Shown in pieces: positions 1 through 10,362 of a stretch of DNA of 64,000 nt. Positions within the stretch are counted from its first letter, which is position 1. Every line of letters starts with the position of its first letter. A program made the position numbers and the translations under genes. Source of the stretch: Actinoplanes sp. (GTDB lineage: Bacteria; Actinomycetota; Actinomycetes; Mycobacteriales; Micromonosporaceae); assembly GCA_965246815.1 (NCBI GenBank), contig CBDFFS010000009.1, forward strand, positions 27,878 to 91,877, read 5' to 3'. The notes under the pieces were generated by a model. It made no database searches. It saw only the letters and a program-made list of their open reading frames with translations, and was not told the origin of the DNA.

Positions 1-469
1 CATCACGCAACGCTGCAAAGGTTTTACCCTTAGTAGAATCCAACAACTTCTTCGTATCGTCATCGCCCATGATCGGTACAAGTTTCTGCGGAGTCTGTGG
101 CTGTTTCACCCGCGCCATCGGCGAACAGTCGATCTCCTGTTCCTCAAGGAGATATTTGAAGAACTGCTGCAAACTTTTGTGCTTGTTCAACGCAGTCGCC
201 GCTGATCGGGTTTCGATCATCCACGCCTGGAACGATTCGATATGTGCTTTCGTCACCACCGTGGGGTCCAGCCCGGCAGCATCCGCGTCCGGGTCCGGTG
301 ACTCCGCCCCCAGATACCTCGCCAACTGGGCAGCGGCCAGTAGGTAGTTGTAGCGGGTCGTCTCCGGGTGATTCCCCGCCCGCAACGCACGGTCCCAGTC
401 ACGCAGGAACCCGGCCCAGTCGCCGTCCTCCAGGCCATCGCATAGTTGGTCGAGCTTCAGTAAAGCCAT
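1..469 (-). CDS. Tyrosine recombinase/integrase, N-terminal part (runs off the left edge)
   Basis: Not in the ORF track. Manual translation from ATG at 469: MALLKLDQLCDGLEDGDWAGFLRDWDRALRAGNHPETTRYNYLLAAAQLARYL...KHKSLQQFFKYLLEEQEIDCSPMARVKQPQTPQKLVPIM...FAALRD. This is the typical integrase core-binding domain leading into the catalytic domain. It lies about 115 bp from a tRNA 3' end. Confidence 0.85.
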   Translation of the reverse strand, partial: MALLKLDQLCDGLEDGDWAGFLRDWDRALRAGNHPETTRYNYLLAAAQLARYLGAESPDPDADAAGLDPTVVTKAHIESFQAWMIETRSAATALNKHKSLQQFFKYLLEEQEIDCSPMARVKQPQTPQKLVPIMGDDDTKKLLDSTKGKTFAALRD

Positions 470-542
470 CTCAGTTCACCTGCCGAGTCAAGGGGTCTAC
501 AAGCGGCGTGCTCGATCCCGGTGACGTCGTCAGACACGAAAA

Positions 543-579
543 AGGGGCCCTCGCAAGTCTGTGACCTGCGAAAACCCCT
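543..579. terminator. Imperfect hairpin downstream of tRNA-Pro (terminator or att-associated)
   Basis: agggg..tcgca / tgcga..cccct inverted repeat. Confidence 0.4.
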
Positions 580-585
580 CCGCCG

Positions 586-659
<74 letters not shown>

Positions 660-710
660 ATCCGCCCGAAGTTTTCACTCCGCGCGACAACCTACGTAGC
701 CTACCAAGCT

Positions 711-2150
711 CTACCCGTGCGCCTTCCCGCGCCCCCCCGGCCCAAGCTTCTTACGCGGCTTGACCGCGATCTCGATCGGCGACCCGGCAAAACCGAATTC
801 TTCCCGCAGTTTGCGCTCCAGGAACCGCACATATCCCGCGTCCAGCGGCTGAGTCGTAAACAGGATGAACCGCGGCGGCGACACCCCAGCTTGGGTGGCA
901 AACATGATGCGAGGCGCGCGCCCACCGCGTACCGGATGGGGGGTGGCTTGGGTAAGGGCAGTTAGCCATTGATTGAGGCCGCCGGTTGGGATGCGCTGTT
1001 CCCAGGAGGCAAGGGCGCGTCGGAGTGCGGGGGCGAGTTTGTCGACGGCGCGACCGGTTTTGGCGGAGACGTTGACTCGGATGGCCCACGGGATCCGCTT
1101 TAGTTCGCGGTCGATCTCTTTGTCTAGGTAGAACCGACGTTCCTCGTCAACTAGGTCCCACTTGTTGAAGGCGATGACCAGCGCTCGGCCCGCTTCGACG
1201 ACCTGGGTAAGCACTCGTTGGTCTTGTTCGCTGATCACCTCGCCGGCATCGAGCAGGACGACCCCGACCTCGGCGGCTTCAACTGCGCCAGCAGTGCGCA
1301 ACGAAGCGTAATACTCAGTGCCACTAGCCTGATGTACGCGTTTACGCAGCCCAGCCGTGTCGACGAAGTGCCAAATCTCGCCATCCATCTCGACCAGACT
1401 GTCCACTGGATCAACAGTCGTACCCGCGACGGAGTCGACGACTGCGCGTTCCTCTTTGGAAACCCGGTTCAGTAGTGACGACTTGCCGACGTTGGGACGC
1501 CCAACTAAGGCCACCCGCCGCGGACCGCGGGGCCCGTTGTCGATAATTGCCGGCGCGGGTGGCATTGCGGCGAGAATGTCGTCGAGCAGATCACCGGCGC
1601 CGCGCCCGTGTAGGGCGGAAATTGGGTGCGGTTCGCCGAGCCCGAGCGACCAAAGCGAAACAGCTTCGTGTTCGAGGTTTTGATTGTCAGCCTTATTGGC
1701 GACCAGGATTACTGGCTTGAGGTTGCGGCGCAGCATTTTCACCGCGGCCTCGTCGACGTCGGTAGCGCCGACAGTTACGTCGACCACGAAGATGACCACG
1801 TTGGCGGTTTGCACGGCGATTTCCGCCTGGGCGGCAATGGCAGCGGCGCGGTCTTTTGCGTTGGGTTCCCAGCCGCCGGTGTCGACCACGGTGAAGCGTC
1901 GGCCGTTCCATTGCGCTTCGTAGGGTACGCGGTCGCGGGTGACGCCGGGCACGTCTTCGACGACTGCTTGACGGCGGCCGATGATGCGGTTGACCAGGGT
2001 GGACTTGCCGACGTTGGGGCGGCCGACGACAGCGACGATGGGCACGGGGCCGTTGTCGATTTCCTCGTCGGAGTTGTTTGATGCGGTGGGGTCTAGCAGG
2101 AAACCGCCTTCGTATTCGGAAATATCGAAGTCGGCGGGAAACTCGGTCAC
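711..2150 (-). CDS. der: Ribosome biogenesis GTPase Der (EngA)
   Basis: Two GTPase domains (GRPNVGKS twice, DTGG/DTAG, NKAD/NKWD) plus a C-terminal KH-like domain. Confidence 0.97.
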   Translation of the reverse strand: MTEFPADFDISEYEGGFLLDPTASNNSDEEIDNGPVPIVAVVGRPNVGKSTLVNRIIGRRQAVVEDVPGVTRDRVPYEAQWNGRRFTVVDTGGWEPNAKDRAAAIAAQAEIAVQTANVVIFVVDVTVGATDVDEAAVKMLRRNLKPVILVANKADNQNLEHEAVSLWSLGLGEPHPISALHGRGAGDLLDDILAAMPPAPAIIDNGPRGPRRVALVGRPNVGKSSLLNRVSKEERAVVDSVAGTTVDPVDSLVEMDGEIWHFVDTAGLRKRVHQASGTEYYASLRTAGAVEAAEVGVVLLDAGEVISEQDQRVLTQVVEAGRALVIAFNKWDLVDEERRFYLDKEIDRELKRIPWAIRVNVSAKTGRAVDKLAPALRRALASWEQRIPTGGLNQWLTALTQATPHPVRGGRAPRIMFATQAGVSPPRFILFTTQPLDAGYVRFLERKLREEFGFAGSPIEIAVKPRKKLGPGGRGKAHG

Positions 2151-2827
2151 GAAAACACCTTGTTCTTCAAAAGGTCCAAAAGACGCACGACGACCTGGTC
2201 GATACTCAAGCCGGTGGTGTCGACTTCAATGGCGTCGCAGGCTTGCCGCAGCGGGTCGGTGGTGCGCGAGCTATCGAGCTGGTCCCGGCGGGCTAGGTCG
2301 GCCTCGGTGGCGGCGACGTCGGTAGCGTCTTCGGCGCTGCGGCGGCGGGCGCGGGCTGCGGCGGAGGCGGTCAAATAGACCTTGAGCTCAGCGTCGGGGG
2401 CGACGACCGACGCGATGTCGCGGCCCTCGACCACGATGCGCGGGAACGAAGCGATGATCGACCGCTGCAAAGCAACCAACTGCTGCCGTACGGCTGGGAC
2501 GGCTGCGACCGCCGAAACAGCACTGGTGACCTCGGCGCCCCGAATCGGCTCGTCGACCCCGATACCGTTCGCGGCGAAGCGCGGAGCGAGCGGGTCGGTG
2601 CCGATCGAGAGTTCGGTCTCCTCGGCAATTTTCGCGATCGCTTCGGGATCGTCAAGGTCGGCACCCGCTTGCAGGACAGCCCAGGTCACCGCCCGATACA
2701 TGGCGCCGGTGTCGAGATATACGCCGTCGATTGCTGTCGCGAGTCGCCGGGAAACGGTGGATTTGCCCGAGCCGGAGGGGCCATCGACGGCCACCACACA
2801 CTTTTCGGCTCGCATTTGTTCCGCCAC
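2147..2827 (-). CDS. cmk: Cytidylate kinase
   Basis: [12 protein letters not shown]-loop, [16 protein letters not shown]; lies upstream of der. Confidence 0.95.
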   Translation of the reverse strand: MAEQMRAEKCVVAVDGPSGSGKSTVSRRLATAIDGVYLDTGAMYRAVTWAVLQAGADLDDPEAIAKIAEETELSIGTDPLAPRFAANGIGVDEPIRGAEVTSAVSAVAAVPAVRQQLVALQRSIIASFPRIVVEGRDIASVVAPDAELKVYLTASAAARARRRSAEDATDVAATEADLARRDQLDSSRTTDPLRQACDAIEVDTTGLSIDQVVVRLLDLLKNKVFS

Positions 2828-2875
2828 CGTTCCTCCTCGTCACACGCGCCCGACAGAATATCGTCGGCCAACCGT

Positions 2876-2932
2876 CTTATTGTGCCCGCACTGCCTTATT
2901 CTGCCCGCACTGCCTTATTCTGCCGGCACTGC
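2876..2932. repeat. 3 x 19-bp tandem repeat (cttatt[g/c]tgcc[c/g]gcactgc)
   Basis: Units at 2876-2894, 2895-2913 and 2914-2932, read directly. Confidence 0.9.
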
Positions 2933-2962
2933 GCCGGATCGACGAACCTGGGGCGCACCGGC

Positions 2963-3703
2963 TCAGTCCTCGTCACCGACGGCTTTGAACAGGGCGGCGA
3001 CCTCGCCACTATTGAGGTGACGGAATCCACCCGGGCGCATGTCGCCGAGCCGGATCGGGCCGACCGCGGTTCGAATGAGGCGGGTGACTGGGTGGCCAAC
3101 CTCGTCCATCATCCGCCGCACGATATGTTTACGGCCCTCATGCAGGGTGATCTCCACCTGCGCGGTCTTGCCGAGCGCGTCGATCAGTTTGAACGAGTCA
3201 ACCCTGGCCGGTCCGTCTTCAAGCACAACCCCCTCTTGCAACCGCCGACCGACGGTACGCGGGAGCGGCCCCATCACCTCAGCCAAGTAAGTTTTCGCGA
3301 TCTCATACGACGGGTGCATCAACTTGTGTGCGAGCGCACCGTCGTTCGTCAGCAGCAGCAGGCCTTCGCTATCGGCGTCGAGGCGACCGACGTGAAACAC
3401 TCGCTGCTCGAACGTGTCGAGGAAGTCGCCCAGCTCGTTGCGTCCCTTTTCGTCATCCATCGACGAGACGACCCCGCGGGGCTTGTTCATGGCCAGATAG
3501 ACCATTTTGGTGTTGGTAACCACCCGGGAGCCGTCGACCAGAATCTCGGCGGTAGCGGCGTCGACCTTGTCGCCGAGTTTGGCGACTCGGCCGTTGACGG
3601 TGACACGCCGACGGAAAATCAGGTCTTCGCAGGCACGGCGGGATCCAACACCGGCGGCCGCCAGCACTTTCTGGAGGCGTTCGGCGGTGTCAGCCTGAGG
3701 CAT
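2963..3703 (-). CDS. rluB: 23S rRNA pseudouridine synthase, RluB family
   Basis: S4 domain (ERLQKVLAAAGVGSRR) and GRLDADSEGLLLLTNDG motif; start moved to ATG 3703, overlapping the scpB end. Confidence 0.92.
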   Translation of the reverse strand: MPQADTAERLQKVLAAAGVGSRRACEDLIFRRRVTVNGRVAKLGDKVDAATAEILVDGSRVVTNTKMVYLAMNKPRGVVSSMDDEKGRNELGDFLDTFEQRVFHVGRLDADSEGLLLLTNDGALAHKLMHPSYEIAKTYLAEVMGPLPRTVGRRLQEGVVLEDGPARVDSFKLIDALGKTAQVEITLHEGRKHIVRRMMDEVGHPVTRLIRTAVGPIRLGDMRPGGFRHLNSGEVAALFKAVGDED

Positions 3704-4802
3704 CGAGTACTTCTTCCACATCGTCGGGCAGGAATGGAGCAAGCGGCGGCAGCTGATCAACGGAGTTGAGGCCGAGCTTTTCGAGGAACAGCACTGTCGT
3801 CCGGTAGAGATAAGCTCCGGTTTCGCCTTCAGTGCCGCATTCCTCAATTAGGCCGCGCGTGGTAAGCGTACGCATGACGCCATCGCAGTTGACACCGCGG
3901 ATGGCAGAGATCCGAGACCTGGTGACTGGCTGCTTATATGCGACCACGGCGAGTGTCTCCAATGCTGCTTGGGTGAGCCGCACCGTCTGCCCGTCCAGCA
4001 CAAATCGCTCGACATAGGCCGCATATTCCGCCCGGGTATAGAGCCGCCAACCGCCGGCAGCACGTCGTAGATCGAACCCGTGCCCCGCAGCGGTGTAACG
4101 CGCCGAAATGTCGGTCAGCACGATCGCGATCCGTTCCGCCGGCTGCTCCAACACCTGCGCCAACCGCAGCTCACCCACGGGTTCGTCGACCACCAAGAGG
4201 ACCGCTTCGAGCGCCGCCGCTAACTCCACGTCATCCAATTCAGGACGATCAACCTCACTTACCGTACGAGAGGTGGTGTCGTGATTTGTTAGTTTTTCGC
4301 CGCGCTTGGCGCGAGCCTGAGCGGGCACTGCTGGTTGTGCCTGGTCGGCAGTAGCATCGGGCGTCGGCGGCGATTTGGTGGTTTCGGCCGGTGTCTCACG
4401 AGCTGTGGCGGCGGTCTGCTCACGATCGCGCTCGGCTTGGCTTAGGGGCTGCACGTTCGGCGCAAACGTCTGCTCGAGGTCGGCAACGCCGGCCGCATAC
4501 GCGGCTTCAACTACGGACTGCTGGTCGACCACCGGCTCGGACTGGTCGTCAGCTGAGGGCTCGGACTGCTGATCGACTAAGCGCTCGGACTCCTGATCGA
4601 TTAAGGGCTCGGACTCCTGGTCAGCCGAGGGCTCGGACTGGTCGTCGTTGAGCGAGACTTGGTCCGGCGAGTCGTCAGGCGCGCTGTCGTCGGCGTTTAG
4701 GCTGTCGGGATAGGCGCGGTCCAACGGGACCTGCTGGCGCTCCCACGGCGGCACCCAGGCGGCCGCCTGCGCGGCCAATGAATCGGGGCGCTCGTCACTC
4801 AC
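3690..4802 (-). CDS. scpB: SMC-Scp complex subunit ScpB with a long acidic N-terminal extension
   Basis: LTQAALETLAVVAYKQPVTRSRISAIRGVNCDG and YRTTVLFLEKLGL motifs. Confidence 0.92.
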   Translation of the reverse strand: MSDERPDSLAAQAAAWVPPWERQQVPLDRAYPDSLNADDSAPDDSPDQVSLNDDQSEPSADQESEPLIDQESERLVDQQSEPSADDQSEPVVDQQSVVEAAYAAGVADLEQTFAPNVQPLSQAERDREQTAATARETPAETTKSPPTPDATADQAQPAVPAQARAKRGEKLTNHDTTSRTVSEVDRPELDDVELAAALEAVLLVVDEPVGELRLAQVLEQPAERIAIVLTDISARYTAAGHGFDLRRAAGGWRLYTRAEYAAYVERFVLDGQTVRLTQAALETLAVVAYKQPVTRSRISAIRGVNCDGVMRTLTTRGLIEECGTEGETGAYLYRTTVLFLEKLGLNSVDQLPPLAPFLPDDVEEVLDASG

Positions 4803-5914
4803 TGTCGTTCCTCCAGCGCATCCGCTTCGTCTTCGTCTTCGTCTTCGTCTTCGTCTTCGTCTTCGTCTTCGTCTTCGTCTTCGTCTTCGTCTTCGTCTTC
4901 GTCTTCGAGATCAGTGTCGGCGTCCGAGTCTGGGTCGGGTAGGTCAGTCGCCGCGGTATCTACCTCGGGCTTTGTGCCCTCGTAGTCGTCGATGTCGAGC
5001 TCAACCTCGGTGGCGTCCTGGCCGCCGATCCAGCGCACGGTCAGTTCCTCGAGTGACACTGGCTGCTCGAAATCGACCAAACCTTCCCGATAAAGCTCGA
5101 GCAATGCCAAGAACCGAGCGACCACCTCGAGGGTGTTTGCACAGTCGGCGATCAACAGGCCGAATGTGGCCAGACCAGCTCGTTGCAGCCGATCACGCAG
5201 CAGGGTGGCATGCTCGCGAACACTGACTCGCACCTGGTGGATGTGCGCGATCGACACTTGTGGCGGGCCTGGTTTCGGCAGGAACTGTTTGAGCGCGAGC
5301 TTGAACAGCCGCTCCACCCCGATGTCGAGCACCAGATCGGGCAGCGCCTCGGTGTATTGCGATTCCATCGTAACCAGCCGGGGCCACCGCTTCGCGCCGA
5401 TGCCTTCCAGCTCGGCGAGCCAGGCCGCGGCTTCCTTGTAGGCCTTGTATTGCAGCAGCCGGGCAAAGAGCAGGTCGCGTGCTTCGAGCAGCGCGAGGTC
5501 TTCTTCATCTTCGACTTCGGCGGCGGGCAGCAGCCGGGCCGCTTTGAGGTCGAGCAGCGTGGCGGCGACGAGCAGGAAGTCGCTGGTTTCGCCGAGGTCC
5601 CAGTCGTCGCCCATCGCGCGCAGATAGGCGATGAAGTCGTCGGTGACCTGGTGCAACGCGATCTCGGTAATATCGAGTTTGTGTTTGCCGATCAACTGCA
5701 ACAGCAGATCGAACGGGCCGGTGAAGTTGTCCAACCGCACGGTGAACCCGCCCGATTCGGACTCCGCGCCCGGCAGGTCCTTAGCCGACACAATCTCGTC
5801 AGCAGCTCGGGGGCCTGCACTTTCCAGGTGCGGCTCGCTCGGCAGGACGAACTCTTCAGGCACGTGCTGACCGTAGACTACGGGTCCGACAGCCTGGTCC
5901 CGGCTCACTGACAC
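4799..5914 (-). CDS. scpA: Segregation/condensation protein ScpA with a poly-(ED) tail
   Basis: FTGPFDLLLQLIGKHKLDITEIAL and VARFLALLELY motifs. Confidence 0.93.
   Translation of the reverse strand: MSVSRDQAVGPVVYGQHVPEEFVLPSEPHLESAGPRAADEIVSAKDLPGAESESGGFTVRLDNFTGPFDLLLQLIGKHKLDITEIALHQVTDDFIAYLRAMGDDWDLGETSDFLLVAATLLDLKAARLLPAAEVEDEEDLALLEARDLLFARLLQYKAYKEAAAWLAELEGIGAKRWPRLVTMESQYTEALPDLVLDIGVERLFKLALKQFLPKPGPPQVSIAHIHQVRVSVREHATLLRDRLQRAGLATFGLLIADCANTLEVVARFLALLELYREGLVDFEQPVSLEELTVRWIGGQDATEVELDIDDYEGTKPEVDTAATDLPDPDSDADTDLEDEDEDEDEDEDEDEDEDEDEDEDEDEADALEERQ
4825..4907. repeat. (cttcgt)n hexamer microsatellite, about 14 copies, encoding (ED)n
   Basis: Perfect 6-bp array read directly. 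Confidence 0.95.
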
Positions 5915-6037
5915 CTCCCGTCAACCCTCGAAACCCGGCATTGTCGGCGCATCGAATCGACCGTCATCGGCCGGAAATAGCGGTGCGCACCGGTTCAACG
6001 TGTCGACTCGCAAGCGGTAACTGGCGGCGGAAAACTA

Positions 6038-6706
6038 TCAGGCCCAGGGGGCGACGAAAAACACCCCGAATAGATTGAGGATCCGCAGCAGGATCGGTGC
6101 GCTGAGCGGAAAAAAGCTCAGCGCGAGCAGGACGAGCACACCGATGTTCTTTTCTTCGAACCACAGCCGCATCCACTGGATGCCAGCGCCTGGCCGACGT
6201 AACGCGCAATAGAGCAGGCCAAAGCCGTCCAGCGGCGGGATCGGGATCAGCGCCAGCAGCCCGAAGAAAAGCAGTCCGACCGCGAGCGACAGGAGTGCCA
6301 ATTCGGCAGCCGGGACGTCGAGGCCGTAGTAGACCGCGCTGGGGGTGATCCAGGCCAGCAAATTGTCCGAATAAAGTGCTGAATAGAGGCCGAATAGCAG
6401 CTCTGCGATGACAATGCAGCTCACCGGGCCAGCGGCGAAGACTGCGGCGGCCCGGCCTCGGCCGTGGTGGCGCGGCACTTCGTCGACCGAGATCATTTTG
6501 CCCCAGCCCATGCCGCCGAGCGCAGCAGCGACAGCACCGAACGGGTCGATGTCCTCACGGGGGCGTGGTGCGATCGACTCATGACGGTTGGCTAGGCCCA
6601 GGGCGCGGCCGGCCAGCCGGATGGCGGCTGCCCGCACAGCTAGGCCGAGCAGGAAGGCCACCACCAGGGCGGCGAACACCACTGGGCTACCAAGGGCGTA
6701 CAGCAT
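6038..6706 (-). CDS. Site-2 protease (M50)-like membrane protein lacking HExxH
   Basis: IDPFG, GWGK, AAGP and LIPIPPLDG motifs; multiple hydrophobic helices. Confidence 0.7.
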   Translation of the reverse strand: MLYALGSPVVFAALVVAFLLGLAVRAAAIRLAGRALGLANRHESIAPRPREDIDPFGAVAAALGGMGWGKMISVDEVPRHHGRGRAAAVFAAGPVSCIVIAELLFGLYSALYSDNLLAWITPSAVYYGLDVPAAELALLSLAVGLLFFGLLALIPIPPLDGFGLLYCALRRPGAGIQWMRLWFEEKNIGVLVLLALSFFPLSAPILLRILNLFGVFFVAPWA

Positions 6707-6739
6707 GAAGTTGGGTCCTTCTAGCTGGTGGGAGGGCGA

Positions 6740-7672
6740 TCAGCCGCGGTCGACCTGGGCGGCGATGACCTCGCGGGCCAGCTGGCGGTAGTTGCGGGCA
6801 CCGGAGGAGGCTGGATCGAGGCTGGTGATCGGGGCGCCGGCAACGGTGGACTCGGGGAACTTCACCGTCTTCGTGATGACGGTTTGGTATACCTTGTCGC
6901 CGAATGCCTCGACTACTCGCTGCAACACCTGTCGACAGTGGGTGGTGCGACTGTCATACATGGTGGCCAGGATGCCTTCGAGTTCGAGGTCGAAGTTGAG
7001 CCGCTCGCGCACCTTGTCGATCGTGTCCAGCAGCAATGCGACCCCGCGCAGGCTGAAGAACTCGCATTCCAGCGGGACGAGCACGCCGTGAGCGATGGTC
7101 AGCGCGTTGATCGCCAGCAGACCCAACGACGGCTGGCAGTCGATCAGAATGAAGTCGTATTCCTTGCGGACCGAGCGCAGCACCCGGGCGAGCGCCATCT
7201 CTCGGGCGACCTCGTTGACCAGCTGAATCTCGGCCGCGGACAAGTCGATATTGGCGGGCAGCAGGTGCAGGCCGGCAACGTCGGTCTTGATGATGACGTC
7301 TTCGGCGGTGACATCGTCCTGCATAAGCAGGTTGTAGATACTCAGGTCGAGGTTGTGCGGGTTTACCCCGAGCCCGACTGAGCAGGCACCCTGCGGGTCG
7401 AAGTCGACCAGCAGCACCTTACGGCCGTATTCGGCGAGCGCGGCACCGAGGTTGATCGTCGTGGTGGTTTTACCCACACCACCCTTTTGATTCGCCAGCG
7501 CGATGATCCGAGCCGGGCCGTGGCGATCGGTCGGCATCGGCTCAGGAATCGGGCGACGCATCGTGTATGCCGTCGGGTCGGCGGGGCCAAGGTCAGCGCC
7601 GAGATCGAGCGAGCCCTGCTGTTCGCGGAGCGCCGAGGTCCAGGCCTCCGCCCGATTTTGGTTGCCTGACAT
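6740..7672 (-). CDS. parA: ParA/Soj-family ATPase
   Basis: NQKGGVGKTTT, VDFDPQG, LIDCQPSLG; conserved position between xerD and scpA. Confidence 0.92.
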   Translation of the reverse strand: MSGNQNRAEAWTSALREQQGSLDLGADLGPADPTAYTMRRPIPEPMPTDRHGPARIIALANQKGGVGKTTTTINLGAALAEYGRKVLLVDFDPQGACSVGLGVNPHNLDLSIYNLLMQDDVTAEDVIIKTDVAGLHLLPANIDLSAAEIQLVNEVAREMALARVLRSVRKEYDFILIDCQPSLGLLAINALTIAHGVLVPLECEFFSLRGVALLLDTIDKVRERLNFDLELEGILATMYDSRTTHCRQVLQRVVEAFGDKVYQTVITKTVKFPESTVAGAPITSLDPASSGARNYRQLAREVIAAQVDRG

Positions 7673-7822
7673 GCCTTCGCCCCCTTCCGACTCCCAGCCG
7701 CCCCGGGATCACCTGTTATTTTCCTGCCACGGGTTGGCTCAGCCGATGCCCGACTGTACGCCACCCGCGCCGTAGCTTTGGGGTCAGCCGTTCGGCGTGT
7801 CGCGTCAATGGCTGTACTGCTG

Positions 7823-8770
7823 TCAACGAGCGCGCGGGTGTGCGGTCGCGTAGACCTCCCGCAGTCGGTCGACTGTCACCAGGGTATAGCGCTGAGTGGT
7901 GGTTACCGAAGCGTGCCCGAGCAACTCCTGCACCACCCGGACATCGGCGCCGCCATCGAGCAGATGAGTCGCGTACGTGTGGCGCAGGGTGTGTGGGCTG
8001 ACTGCGTGTGGCCCGTCCACGGGCAGACCGGCAGTGATCGCGGCGCGCCGCAAGATAGTCCAGGCGCTTTGGCGCGACAGTGGACCGCCCCGCGCGTTGA
8101 CGAAGACCCTCGGCGTACCAGTGCCGCGGGTGACTAGCGTGGGCCGCGCCCGTACGAGATATGCCTCTAATGCGGCTTTCGCGTAACCGCCGAGCGGAAC
8201 CAGTCTGGTTCGTCCGCCTTTGCCGTGCAGAATTGCCGCTGGGTCATCGTCAAGATCGAGGTCGTCGACGGCCGCGCCGACCGCCTCGGAAATCCGCGCG
8301 CCGGTGCCGTAGAGAACCTCCAACAGCGCCCGATCGCGCAGGCCGAGCTCGGTGTCGTCCGGGGCCGCGAGCAGCCGCATCACTTGATCAACGTCGAGCG
8401 CCTTGGGCAACAGCTTCGGCGGCGTCGGCGGCCGGACCTCGACCGAGACATCGCCGCCGACCAAGCCCTCCCGGGCGGCGAAACGGTGTAAACCTCGCAC
8501 AGCACTGATCGCGCGCGCAGCCGAGGATGAAGCCAGTCCTTCCGCCCGCAAACTGCCCAAATGCCCGGCCACCTCCCCCGCGCCGACTGCCGCGAGATCA
8601 GCAATCCCGGCCGCGGCGAGCGCCTGCCCATAACGATCAAGATCCCGCCGGTACGCGCTGAGTGTGTTGCGGGACAGCCCCCGCTCGACACTCAAATGAT
8701 CGAGGTACACAGTGATCGTCCGCTCGATGCTCAGCTGCCCCGCCCTTTCGCGTCTTTCAGTGCCAGCCAT
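7823..8770 (-). CDS. xerD: Site-specific tyrosine recombinase XerD
   Basis: [48 protein letters not shown] with an intact catalytic set; start likely ATG 8770. Confidence 0.92.
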   Translation of the reverse strand: MAGTERRERAGQLSIERTITVYLDHLSVERGLSRNTLSAYRRDLDRYGQALAAAGIADLAAVGAGEVAGHLGSLRAEGLASSSAARAISAVRGLHRFAAREGLVGGDVSVEVRPPTPPKLLPKALDVDQVMRLLAAPDDTELGLRDRALLEVLYGTGARISEAVGAAVDDLDLDDDPAAILHGKGGRTRLVPLGGYAKAALEAYLVRARPTLVTRGTGTPRVFVNARGGPLSRQSAWTILRRAAITAGLPVDGPHAVSPHTLRHTYATHLLDGGADVRVVQELLGHASVTTTQRYTLVTVDRLREVYATAHPRAR

Positions 8771-8863
8771 CGTACCGATTTTGCTCAGCGGTACGGCACG
8801 GTTGCCCGCCGAGGGCCGCGGAGGCAGCGTGAGGCTTCCTGCCACCCAACGCTGGAGGTAGCT

Positions 8864-9436
8864 GTGCGCTTGCGCTTCTTCGCCCCTTTCCTCGCCGTCT
8901 TAATCGTCGGCCTCCTACCAGTGCCCGCTTCGGCGGCCGTCTCGTCAGCACCCGACGAAGTGGAGCTGACCTGGATCGGCGGCCAGCTCTTCAACCTTTA
9001 CGTCGACATCCCCGATGACCCGGCGACACAGCCCGACCCGGCCCGCCCGGACGCGGATGTGTTCCTGATCGCGCCGGCGGATCCAGCGCACCCGTTGGAC
9101 CCCGGCGTGGTCATTCCGTCACCGCCCGCACCAGCCCCGATTATTGTGCCGGTGCACGACACGGTGCTGGATCGACCGTGGCCGGATCCGCCCCGGGCCG
9201 ACTGTTTCGGCGTCCAGGTGCTGCCTGGGCCGCGGGCAAGCGCCGAACAGGTGCTCACTCGGACCGATCCCAACGGTGGGGCTACTTTGGCCTGGGCGAT
9301 CGTGTTGTATGGCCAGCGACTGCCGCTGACTAACAGCGCGCTAATCCGCTGGGGTGCCGCAAACGGTCTGCTCACACTGGACCGCACCTGGCCCGGCTAT
9401 GGCGGCACGTGCTGGACCGGGCTGCCAGTACGCTGA
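8864..9436 (+). CDS. Hypothetical secreted protein
   Basis: GGAGG at 8854, GTG at 8864; signal peptide [24 protein letters not shown]|A. Confidence 0.7.
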   Translation: MRLRFFAPFLAVLIVGLLPVPASAAVSSAPDEVELTWIGGQLFNLYVDIPDDPATQPDPARPDADVFLIAPADPAHPLDPGVVIPSPPAPAPIIVPVHDTVLDRPWPDPPRADCFGVQVLPGPRASAEQVLTRTDPNGGATLAWAIVLYGQRLPLTNSALIRWGAANGLLTLDRTWPGYGGTCWTGLPVR

Positions 9437-9532
9437 CCGGCACCCCGCCCAGCTGACTCACGCGAACCTGGCAGGCCCCTACCGCAGGGCCTGCCAGTTC
9501 GTCACGGGCGCCAACCGGAATTTCGGGCAGCC

Positions 9533-10362
9533 TTACCCTCGGGCCAGCTCACGGCCCACTTCATCGGCCAGACCTAAAGCAACCGCATCAGCGATCGGCT
9601 CGTCGGTGCTACACGAGCCATAGGAAACCAACACTTCCCGGGTACGCATTGCCACGTCATCACTGAGCTGTCGGACGGCTCGTACGGGAAAGGGGTCTGA
9701 CACTGCAGCATAGACATCCTGAACCGGCGCACCGGCGACCACGCGCGCGACCGCCAGGAGCAAGTTGAGATAGCCGTAGTGGCGAAATCGGGTAACCGGA
9801 TCGATGTAGGGCTGGGCATGATGCAGTCCCGCGGTTGAACCGGCGCACCGGCGACCACGCGCGCGACCGCCTTTATCGGCACACCCGCCGCCACGCATGA
9901 CCGGATGAAGCCGACCAGTTCGGCCGGGGACGGAAATGCTTGCGAGTCCGCCCCACCGCACCGCACCTTGGCCCCCAGTCCTCGATCGGCCAGTTCCGCC
10001 ACCCGGTCGAGCCAGCCTCGGCCGCGGACCGGCTCGACGAATACCGGCCAGGGCAGTCCGACGGGCAAAGCGGCGCCGGGGCGGACGGCGATCTCGGCCT
10101 GTTCAATCACGCAGCGCGGATCGGGTGCCGCCGGTGGCGCCGCGTCCAGGATCAGTCCGACGCGCATGGCCCGTTCGTGCGGGTCGAGCGCGGCGAGCAG
10201 CTCGTCCCAGCGGCTCGCCGGGCACAGGAACCGGTGGGTCAGCATCGGATGACCGGCGCGCTCGTCAGCTCGATGGCGCTCGACTGCGGCGGTCATGGGT
10301 AGCCGGGCCGGGGGGAAGAGCCCGGCGTCGTCGATCAGATCGCGCATCAGCGGGATGGTCAT
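9533..10362 (-). pseudogene. Conserved hmgA-associated hypothetical protein, frameshifted by a 32-nt insertion
   Basis: N-half (LIDDAGLFPP...KVRCGG...GVPIKA) and C-half (TAGLHHA...GYLNLL...SYGSCSTDEP) are in different frames; removing 9836-9867 restores one 265-aa ORF. Confidence 0.8.
9720..9871. repeat. Perfect 36-bp direct repeat (9720-9755 and 9836-9871)
   Basis: tgaaccggcgcaccggcgaccacgcgcgcgaccgcc occurs twice. Confidence 0.95.

Noticed and set aside
7823-8770. Tyrosine recombinase beside the island as its integrase
   Set aside because: Sequence and position before parA-scpAB identify it as housekeeping XerD; no att repeats were seen.
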